This document shows positions 1-12,000 of a stretch of 35,454 nt of DNA, piece by piece. The translations under genes and the position numbers were made by a program. The notes under the pieces are model-generated. The model did no database searches. It was not told the origin of the DNA and saw only the letters and a list, made by a program, of their open reading frames with translations. This stretch comes from Candidatus Woesearchaeota archaeon (lineage in GTDB: Archaea > Nanobdellota > Nanobdellia > Pacearchaeales > GW2011-AR1): NCBI GenBank assembly GCA_964383425.1, contig CAYLGX010000003.1, positions 1-35,454 on the forward strand, read 5' to 3'. Numbering within the stretch: position 1 is the stretch's first letter; every line of letters starts with the position of its first letter.

Positions 1-3000
1 CAGTTAAGTTAGTAAACGCAGAATCAATTACCCAATTAGAACTTACATTGTATGCCGTATTAGTATAATTTGGAATATCACTGCCCATAAGATTAGAGAT
101 ATACGCATCTAAACTAATTGTTTGAGGTTTAATATAAACAATTGCAGGAGCAGAACTTATTGTTTGATATAAATAAGGCCCTGCTTGACTAGTTACTGCT
201 GTTACAGTCGCGTTTATTTGATAAGTATTAGTAAACTCACTAGTTTCGGAAGTAGATATTATTACAGCATCAGAGCGAACATCAAGGCCAAATACATAAC
301 TAACAGAAATGTTCTTCATTTCACCAGGCAATAAGGAATAGGCTGTAGATTTAGAAGCAGAATTAAGTGTTACTTTTCCGCTTTCAAGATTGTGTTGTGA
401 TTTAAATGTTAAAGTACAACCATCATTATAATTACTATCCCCAGTATTAGTTATAGAAATATTTCCAAGTTTCTTTGTTTCGCTGTAACCTGCAGTTGCT
501 TCAAGAGTGTTAGTTACACTCCAAGTACAATCCCAATAGCTACTAAAATTAAGTTCTGGACTTTCTCTTGCATTATTTGCAGTGTCTATAGCTAGTATCT
601 TAAAAGTATAATTTGTTTCATTAGAACTAGTTGTAAAATTAGTAGACCATACGCCATCATACTTAGTTCCTGAACCATTAACTAAATTCATAGTATAATT
701 CTGCCAATTATTTCCATCAAACATCTCAAGCACCGTAGCATTTACACTAGAAAGCGAATCCCGTACAGTCACATTAAATCGCATCAAAGTATTCGGATCA
801 ATACTACCATTTGTGTCGGGCGTATAAACCACATTAATCATAGTTGGCGCGTATGTATCAACCATCAAACTATTATTTCCCGACTGATTAGCATTACCAG
901 CCCAGTCAAATAAACTATAGAACCATTGGTAAATTCCATCCATCAAATTAACAACAACTCCAACAGTTGTCTGAACTGTTCCGCTAACAAAATTAATTGT
1001 TGTTTGATTTATTATTTGACTAACATTACTTCCATTAACAATGTTAAGTGTTGCATTTTGTATTCCTAAATTATCAGTTAAGTTAACAGTCAAATTAACT
1101 CCGTTATAATCGAAATAAGAATTATTTTCAAGTAATAGTGTTGCATTTGGGCTTGTTCGGTCAAGTACAATTACCTTTGTAGAAGTGTTAGTTACTTCTC
1201 CCACAGCATCTGTAGCTGTGGAGTTAAGATAGTAAATTCCCTCTGTTAAACTTGAATAATTTAGATATAAATTAATTGAAGAACCACTGGAATTATCAAA
1301 AGTTTGGTTTACTAAAGTAATTGTTAAATTCTGATAGTTATTTCTATAGTATAAATTAACATAACTTCCGTTCATATTTCCCTCATTGTCTGCAAAACTA
1401 ACATTGATAATTATTTCTGAAGAATTAAAGAATCCACTTTGTGTGGATGCATTGTCTACTGTAATCACCGGAGCAGTATTTCCTTTTACAAGTCTAGTTT
1501 CTGTTGTATTACTATTACCTGCTAGATCTATAACAGTAACATTGTAATAATATAATTGCCCCGGCAGTAATGCAGTCATATTTGTTAAACTTAAAGTCCA
1601 AACATTGTTTCCCAAATTTGTAAAGTTTGCGGAGTTATACCTATAAGTTACTCCATTCCAAGCAAAAGTAGCATTTGCAGGATTGATTTCAGTTACATTT
1701 ACTGCTATAGTTATTGCAACATTACTGCCAGTATCATTTCTTGGAGTTGGAGAAACAAAATACGGAACCGGAAGAGTTGTGTCAATATTCAGTGTGTTGT
1801 TAGTTGTTGAAAATTGATTATTTGCAAAATCAAATAAATTGTAGAACCAGTTATAAATTCCATCAATTAAATTAACAACAATGCCCACTGTTGAAGTTAA
1901 AGTTCCCTCTGCGCCCAAGATAATTACTAAAGTAGAATTAACTAAACTATTTGTTGAATTGTATATATTTAATGTTGCATTTGCTATTCCAGATTCATCA
2001 GTTAAATTAACAGTGTAGTTTTGTGTTTGATTATTTATATAACTTGCATTTGCAGGAGTAATTAAAATTGCATTAGGATTTACTAAATCTCTAATTAGAA
2101 TAGGCAGAGAATTAATTTGTGCGCCACAAGCAATAGAGTCGCAAGGCTGAACTTTGCTAGTAAATGAATCCCCTATAAATGTTTCATTTGAACCTAAAAT
2201 ATTTCCGCCATATTTTGAACCAGTGTATAATTGTTGAACTTCGTAATCAGATAAACTTCTATTGAAGATCATTACTTCATCTAGACTACCATTGAAAGAA
2301 GGAGTAGCGTCGTTAAAATGTTTACCCAAAACAATATTTTGAGCAGAAACTCCGCCACTAAAAGTTGAAGCTAGAAAAGATACAGATCCATTACTAGCTA
2401 TACCATTAACATATATTGTGATATTTTTTGTTACTACATTAACAATTGCAACTATGTGGGACCATTGATCCAAACTAATATTTTTGTAAGAATTTACAGA
2501 CTGGAAAGAATCGGAAGTACTACTTCTACCGCCCCATCTTATGGTCCCGTCCGTATATACTGCCAAAGTATTTCTTGCTTGGGACACTGTCGAAGTAGAT
2601 TCTCCATATAAGCCCATATTACTACCCAAACTTCTTGGTCTAATCCACATAGACACAGTCATTTCAGAATAACCATTAACTGTTGGCCCGGTGCCCAAAT
2701 TTATATAATCATTAATCCCATTAAAACTGTAAGCTCCTCCGACTTTTCCAGAATAATTTAATGTTGCTCCGCTAGTTGTTCCGTCATTAGCTCCAGCGTA
2801 ATCTAGCGTATCATTATTCAATGGATAATATGCTACAAGTCCATTTGTAATTAATGTTGTTCCAATTGTTTCATTAATCGCAGTTGAATTTGTTTTGTAC
2901 CATGAATAGATATTTGTAGTATTCCCATAACTATAACTTGAATTCAAATTAGGCAATATAGTTAAGTTTTGGTATGTATTATTATTTGAAATATTTGTGG

Positions 3001-6000
3001 AAGACAATATTACTGAACTTAATAACGGCGGAGATAAATAAACAGTTCCAACTCCTCCTGCAGTAGCAGATACATCCGTACTGCCTCCTGAAATTACATA
3101 AGTCAGATTAGATGAAGTTTGTTTCATATAAACTGCAATTCTTCCTCCTGCTCCTCCGCCAGCAGCACGATCCGCATTCCATGTACCTATTGAAGCAGTA
3201 GCTCCGCCAGCATTAACACTACCGGCCCCAATTATTCTTGTAGCATTTATAAGAATACTTCCGCCAGAACCGGCTCCAGAATTACAATAAATAGTTACCA
3301 AAGCTGGGGAGTTCCCTCTTGCATAAATATTTCCTGTTAAATTTAAGGTGTCTGTTATTTGTAATTTAATAATTCCTCCTCCACTTCCACCAATATTTTG
3401 GCCTGCACAATCATAACTTCTATGTCCTCCTCCGCCGCTACCAAAATCTACAGGGTTTGTTAAAGAACCATAACTTGTTCCTCCGGCTCCGCCCGCAGGA
3501 TATGCTCCTCCATTTCCACCTGCTCCCCCATAACCGGCTCCGCCACCTCCTGCATGTTGGACTGTATTTCCACTACCTCCGCCACCAAGTCCACTTCCGG
3601 CAGTATTATCTCCTCCTCCAGCATAACCTAGGCCAGTCGTATTAATTGTTCCAAGAACAGTTAAATTATTTGTGTAGATAGAGATATTCGCACCAGTAAT
3701 TTTTCCTCCAGCCATAATAGTGACTGTTGAAAAGTTAATTATTACTGATATTCTGCTGGTAACACTGTAAATGCTTCCAGTCGAATTAATAATTAAATTT
3801 CCAGTCCCACTAATAATTTCTCCATCTCTAAAATAATAAGTTCTGTTAAGTATACAAGTTGTAGATAAAGTTCCAGATGAACAAATATTCCCAATGGTTA
3901 AAGTATTATTTTGAGTGATAAGTTGATTATCATTAAAATCAAAAATATTCCAGAACCAATTGTAAATTCCATCTACTAGGTAAACTAGAATGCCCACTGT
4001 GGAAGTTAAAGTTCCACTTACTCCGGAAACGATTATTGAATTTTGATTAATTAAACTATTGGTAGAATTATAAACATTAAGTGTTGCATTTTTAATTCCC
4101 GCGAGATCATCTGTGAGATTTGCTGTAAAATTAACTCCGTTTAAATTATTTATTCCGCTATTATTCGCAGGACTAAAAGAGGTTACATTAACCGCATAAA
4201 TATCTGGATAATTTGACACATTGTAACTAAGAACATATGGAGCAACAGCAGTATTATTGGAATTAAAATTAGATTTAAATTGCATGAACTTTGAAGACGA
4301 AGCAGAATTAATTCCAACACCATCTCGCACATTTTGCGTTGTTGAGAAATTTCCACCATTACTCCAATTAATATGCATATTTCCCAAATTGTATAAATCG
4401 AGTACTTCTGCTGCGGAAAGAGAACGATTGTAGATACGAACTTCGTCGATAGAACCCGGATAATAATTTGCACCATAATTATAACTACCAATTTTTAGAA
4501 CCTGATTATTTGCTGCAATACCTGCGGAATAAAGTGTACCTGTCCCCTCCAATACCCCATCTACATAAATAAGTGAACGAGTACCATTATAAGTTCCAAC
4601 GATATGGTGCCACTTACCATCTTGAATATTTGAAGTTCCTTGTAATTGATTAAAGGTCGGACTTGTCGAATCTAACTCAATCATTGCTTTATTTGTGTTG
4701 GATTTCATCAAATTATAACCATTATAACCTGTGGTAAGTGTTTTTGATACTATATACCTATAACCGGAGTCGGTTGCAGAACCAAGTACCCAGGCAGACA
4801 TAGTTATATTTCCAGTAATGTTTAAACTAGGACTATCTGAAATATTGATAAAACTATTTGCACTTGCTGGAAAATATCCGCCGTTCCCAATAACACCGCT
4901 CGAAGAATTAATTATTGGACAAGTTGCACCAGAACATCCTCCCTGATTATTTCCATTGCTTAAATCAGTTCCTAGAATTTCATCTTCATCAAAATACCAT
5001 GTTGAAACTAAACTCGCATCTGCTGGCGCATGCATACCAAGTCCGAAATTATATAAATTTGATATTTCTGATGCCGATAGACTTCTATTGTATATTGCGA
5101 ATTCATCTAAGGAACCATTAAAATTAAGCCATCCCGAACCATCTAAAGATTTTCTCCCTATGTTTGCAGGAGTTGATGAACTTAAAGAACCAACAATATT
5201 ATTCACAGTAGTTGAAGCAAGAGCACCATCCAAATAGATTGTAAAATTTCCAGTCCTATTTATTGAAACGCTTAAATAATGCCATGAATTATTAATAGAA
5301 TTAACATTTGCCCAAATTGCAGAATTAAATGTACCGTTATTTAAAACGAAAGCAATTTGAGTTGCGTTATTAAGACCAAATAAATATCCCGCATTATTTA
5401 CATTACTTCGTTTATCCATTATAGTATTAGTTGCACTGCCCACCGTATTTATCCATGTAGAGATCGTAAAATCATTGGTGGCCATATTGGCTGCAGCGGC
5501 ATATGTTAAATTAACATAATCATTCACACCATCAAATTGTGCACAATTTCCGAGCTTACATCCAGTTTTATTTATCTTTACTCCGTTTTGAGGAACGCCG
5601 CCATTATTTCCCGAACTATCTGCAAAATTAAAATTATTCATTGCCCAGAATCCAACTAAACTCGGATCACTAACATTATAACTATTTGCAGTTCTTGTTT
5701 GTATTGTTACATTCGTATTTGCGTGCCCAGATAATCCGGATTTGTATAATTGATTAATTTCGGAAGTTGAAAGAGATTTGTTATAAACTAAAAATTCATC
5801 TAAACCTCCCATGTAATACGAACCGGCATTGTTATCAAAGGTTTTACCTAAATAACTTTTGCCACTTAATCCGATAGTATTTGGCCCCGTCATTATAAGA
5901 TTTCCATTTCGCCATAATGTTACATTTGTATCGTTAGCTACTGCTGTAATATAACTCCATTGCGACATTGGCACCACATCAGTTGGCGCAACCTGATTAG

Positions 6001-9000
6001 AACCGTCTGCAATTCCTAACTTACAACTGCTACCAATATACCAATCCGCATTATACCCTGTTTGACCAAAAATTCTATTTAATGAAGCCGAGCAAGTTCC
6101 AGTCAATGGATAAATCCATGCTGACATGGACCAATTCCGATTAGTAGTAATATTTGTAGATATATTTAATCCAATATTTAAATTGGCAGGAAATAAAATA
6201 GCATTACTTGATAAACCACTGTAATCACTTGGGCAATTAAGATTATTGTTATACCCATTGCAATAGGATATTGCACCAGTTTTAACGTCATTAAAATTAG
6301 TGTCCATCGAATAATAAACCATTAAATTCGGATTAGAAACATTAATAGAATTATCTTGATTAACAATTCCGCTTCTGCTTGTTGAATCTGCAGTCACTAA
6401 AGTTGTATTCCAATACGATTGTGTTGTGTTATAAAATACTCCGCTACTAAAAGAACTTAAAGCAGTTCTATATTTTCCAATTCTTGTTTGATTATTATAA
6501 ATTGCTAAAACATCTACTGCAGATAAATTGTAAGGCAAGACACGAACTTCATCGATAGTACCGTTGAAATAAACTAATGAACTATTTTTACCAAGATATA
6601 AAACATTTCCAGAATAATAAAATGGTTGTATCGGTACTATTCCTGCTACTCCGTTTACATAAGTACTTCCATTTGCATTTACAAAAAATTGCCAACCTGA
6701 ACCATTATTTATCCAAGCCATAGTTGTCATTTTTGTTTGAGTTATTGTTGTTGAAATAAAATCTCCACTAATTGCTCCGCCAAAATAATAAGCACTACTA
6801 GCATCTTTTCCGCCAGTCAGACTATATGTTGGCCCTTTACTTGTTCCAGATTGTCCAAGATAAGTTATCCCTCCGACAGAATTTCCTGCACTTACATCAA
6901 TAATTCCATTAAAAGAATTATCAGGATAAATCGCAATTCTTCCGCCAGCCCCACTTCCGGACCATTGTGTATAATTTGTTGATGCTCCCCCCTTTGCTGT
7001 AAAATTTCCAGAACCGGAAATATTTTGAGCATTAATCCAAACACTCCCGCCGGCTCCGCCGCCGCCCCTACAAGCTCCCGCTACTGCTCCCCAATTTCCA
7101 ATAATTCCACTGGATTCAATTAATCCATTATTTATTAATGTCCCGCTAATATTCATAAAAATTGCAGAACCACCGCGCCCCGTATAAACAATTCCGCAAT
7201 TAAGTAAATCTGCACCGCCCGCAGAACCCAGAGTAGTAGGATACATCATAGAACCATATACTGCTCCAACTACTGCGCCGCCAGTATTTGCCCCGCCAGT
7301 TCCACCATGACCCCCACCAGTTCCTCCCCCATGATTAGTTCCAGCTCCGGCTCCGGGGCCAGTTCCGTCCCGATAACCACAACCCGATAAATCAATGTAA
7401 GATCCAGCAGGTAATGTAAAGTTATTTGCGGTAATATTGACATATAAATTGGAAGTTGGAATTTGATTTCCGAGTACATTCCTAGTATAACCATAATTAA
7501 TATTACAGCCCAATTTAAAATTACCGATAAGAGTATGATTTTCTAAAATTAAATTAAAATTACTATACATTAATCTGGTATTAATATTGTCCAAAGTCAA
7601 ATTATGCCCGGTAAAATTCCAAGTACTATTTACTAATCTATTGAAGAAAGTTGTATCTTTATTGAACACATTTGTAGCCAAACCTCCGCGAATATAGATT
7701 TGTTTATGGTCTACGTCATTATAGACTAAAGAGCCAGAACCACTATAATTGTCTCCGGAGCTAACATTAGAGCTACCCAGTCCCGTCCAATCAGAAATAT
7801 TGTAGTAAACCGCTACTCTTCCTCCGCCACCGCCCCCCCCGTAATATGGCGCAGTATTACCTACTCCCCCCTTGGAAAGTAATAAACCATTACCGGATAA
7901 ATTATTAGTAGTGATATAAATAGAACCTCCTGCTCCTCCTGCTTCTCGCCCTCCTGAACCTGAAATTCCATTTGTAGTTATATTTGAATTTAATAAAATA
8001 TTTTGTGAATAAATATGGACTATTCCTCCGCCAGATTTACCTAAAGTTCCGGCCCCCCCGTCATTTGTTCCACCAGTACCGTAATCTGTTGGCATTAATA
8101 ATGAATCATGAGCACATCCGCCAAAATATTGACCCGAAGCATCTGCGCCATAACCACCATGACCCCCTCCAGCGCCCCCTCCATGAAACCCTGTGTCTCC
8201 CCTGCAAGTTCCAGTTTCACCAAGATAACCTAATCCCTCCGCATATATTTTAGAACCCGCATTCAAAGTTAGATTATCTGCAATAAGAGTAATATTCCCG
8301 CCCGTGATATTTCCCCCAGAAATAATTGTTATGGTTGCCCAATCCAGAATAATGCTCGCGCCATGATTTGTTCCAAAAACATTGGCAGAATAATTTGCAA
8401 TAGAACCTCTTGAACCAATAATTAAATTTCCAGCAGTACTTCCGCCCAAAATAATTCCACTTTGATAATAATAAGTATGATTCAATAAACAAGTTGTTGC
8501 AAATGAGCCAGTATCACAAAATCCATTACCCGTTGCGTTACCTACAAAAATTGTTCTAGTCTCTGTTTGAAAAGCATTATTAGAATTATCAAATAGAGTA
8601 TAAAACCAATTATATATTCCGTCAACTAATCCTACCACTACAGAAATTGTTTGTTGTAAATATGTTCCAAGAGTATTTGTAGTACTAGTATAGTTTGCTA
8701 CAAAACCTGTTTGATTGTTAATAGTTAAAGTTGCATTTGCTATTCCAGAAATATCATCTGTTGCAGTAACACTAAAATTAATATCTAAATTAGTAAAGTT
8801 AGAATTATTTAATGGAATTCCTAAAGAGGCATTAGGCACAACCGCATCGCTTAGGCCAATAGTTTGAGTTGAAAATCCAAGTAAATATGGCGAAACATCA
8901 GTAGTATTTGAATAGAAACTAGTTTTCATCTGCATAAACTTTCCAGGGAAACCTGCTTGAGAAGAAATTGATTGGCCCGTGCTTACTGTTTCAGTTGACC

Positions 9001-12000
9001 AATTTGAAACTCCACTAAACATTGTTAAGCCCATATTGTAAATATCTGCTGCTTCTGCTGCGCTAAGTGAACGATTATAGATTCTTATTTCATCAAGTAA
9101 ACCGTTATAACGGAAACTAGAATAACTTCCAGCTCTGCCGATTGCAGTACTACCATAAATAGAGGGAGGTAAAATTGCGCTTCCACCGGCAGTTGTTGTA
9201 ACTGAAACACCATTGAGATAACCTTGAACACCGTTAGTAAAATTTCTTACAAAAAGCACATGATACCATTTGCCTGCTTGAATTCCAGAAATAGTATAGG
9301 TTCTTCCGCCCACATTATTGCTCCAAGACATTTGAACAGAATTTGCAGGATTTGCTAAAACATTATACTGTGAATAAATTCCACCGGAATTATAATTAGA
9401 TAGCAGGTATCTTTGAGTACTAAAATCATTAGTATTAAACCATAAACTAACAGACATATTGGAGGACATATTTAATGAACTTGGTGTCCCCAAATCAATA
9501 AAATTACCATCATTGAAAGACATAGCTGGACCTACTATTGCTGAGGAGTTATAAACTGGTGCCGTGGTTGTTGTTCCATTCAATCCGTGACCGCTGTCAT
9601 CTTTCCAAATGCCAATTTCATCTTCATCAAATGCATAATATGAAACTAAATTAGGATCATATTCGAGATATTTTCTTCCATTATTTTGATTAGCATATAA
9701 TAAATTTATTTCGGAAGCAGAAAGACTTCTATTAAAAATCATAAACTCATCTAGGGAACCATTTACGGCAAAACCACTAGAATATCTGCCAATTTCCATA
9801 TTCCCTGATTGTAAGAAATTTCCATTGTAAACCGTACTGGAATTAGCAACCCATTGACCATTAAGATATAATTGATTATATTGTCCACTAGCTACTACTC
9901 CTGTAATTAATACCCAATTACCTGTTTGATTAGTCACATTATATCCTACAGTTTTATAAGTTACTCCAGTACCATTGAATGTGGAAAAGTATAACATTCC
10001 GGCACCATCAGTATTAAAATAATTCTGGAATGCGCCACCACTCGGAATAATCCATAAATAATTATTTGCTCCTGCGTCATATTTTATTTTAGCCCATATA
10101 GAAAATGTTGCACTTGGAACTCCATTTAGAGTTACACTCGAAGTTAACTTGTCATCAACACCATCGTAATTTAAACAAGAACCAACTTTACAAGTATTAG
10201 CTGAATTAGAAATTATTCCTCCGGAAGGAGTTGCGGGAAATCTCCCTTGTGAATCTTCCGCATAATATCCGTTTAATCCCCAATGACCGATAAGACTCGG
10301 ATCAGTATTATTATAATCCTGAGCAGTTCTTGTTTGCAAAGTTACATTTGTATTTGCATGTTGACTTAATCCAGATTTGTAAAGTTGCGAAACTTGACTT
10401 AAGGTTAAAGAAGTGTTATAGACTAATACCTCATCTAGGGAGCCGTTGAAATAGCCCAAAGCCGCTGCATAGTCAGCGTATCCTATTCCCAAATCAGTAT
10501 AACTTAATTTTGCTTGAGTTCCCGCCAAAGTATAGCCCGTCATTAGTTGATTATCGTAATAAACTAAATATTGTGTTCCATTCCAACTCAATACCATATG
10601 GTGCCAGTCGGCAGTAATGGAAGGTAAAGATGAAGATAAAACACAAGTTCTCGCAGAAGCACCATTATTCCAAATATTAATTAATTCATTAGCACAGACA
10701 CTTGTACTTGAGCCAAAAAATATTCCTTGAGAACTACCTGTTGAACCAATAAAATATCTATTTGTTGTTGCGGTTGTATGCGCAACTGCAGGCTTAAACC
10801 AAATACTTAATCCATCTACTGCTCCAACATTACCTGCATATATTCCTTGTGTTAAACCATCATATCTCATTGCATTTGAAGATAACCCGCTTGCATTATT
10901 AGGGCAATTAGTAGTACAAACTCCATTGTTAGCACCTTTTGCATCATTAAAGTTTTCATCTAAAGCCCAATAAGAAACTAAATTAGGATTAGATAAATTA
11001 ATTCCATTATTGTCCGCAATATCCCCAACTTGATTACCGTCTATCTTATTTATTGTTACATTCCAATAAGTTGGATAAGAATTATATTGTACTGGGGAGG
11101 CATAAGTTCCGCCCGGGGAGTGTCTTGCTGATTTATTTGCCAAAGTTCCGTTGTACAAATTCATAACTTCTGATGCGGATAAAGCTCGATTGAAAATTTG
11201 AACGTGGTCTAGTGAACCGTTGAAATAAGTTGCCGAATCTTGTCTTTTTCCCAGACTGTAAGTTACTCCTGAAACCGGATTAACTGAATAAGCTTCAGTA
11301 GTAGTCATAATTCCATTTTTGTACATACTTACATTAGCTCCACTATAAACTACCGTAATATATTCCCAGCTGTTTGAAGATAAATTTACTGCAGTTTTAT
11401 AATTATTATAAATTCCGTTTATTCTCCAAGCAGTAGAATTTGCAGCATTCATCCATAAACCAAAACCAGTAGTGCTATAAGTTCCAACATCAATAATCGC
11501 AGTATTATCTGCATTAGCTCCGTTTCTTTTTACCCAAGTAGATAATGTGAATGGGCCTGTAATAGATGACACTGATCCAGATATTACATCATTCACTCCG
11601 TCAAACATATAGGCCCCGCTACCATCTGGTCCACCTGCGGCGCCATATAATGGTGTTGTTAAAGAAGGATAGTTTGTTAATGTCGAAGTATTATTTCCCT
11701 TACTATCATTTGCTACGTTTCCAGATAGCTCGTCAAACTTATAGTATGAAACTAAATTTGAATCTGTTTCAAGACCAGAATTTCTAAGACCTAGTGATTG
11801 ATTATTGTAAAGATCAGTTATTTCTGTCTGAGATAAAGAGCGATTAAATAGCATTACTTCATCCATACTAGGTTTCCATAATCCGCCCGAAGCAGTTATT
11901 CCAGAACCTAACCTAATATTTCCGTTAGTCACTAATTGAGCACCAAAACTATTTGTACCGAGTCTAGACCCGTTAACAAAAATAGTTACATTCGAATAGG

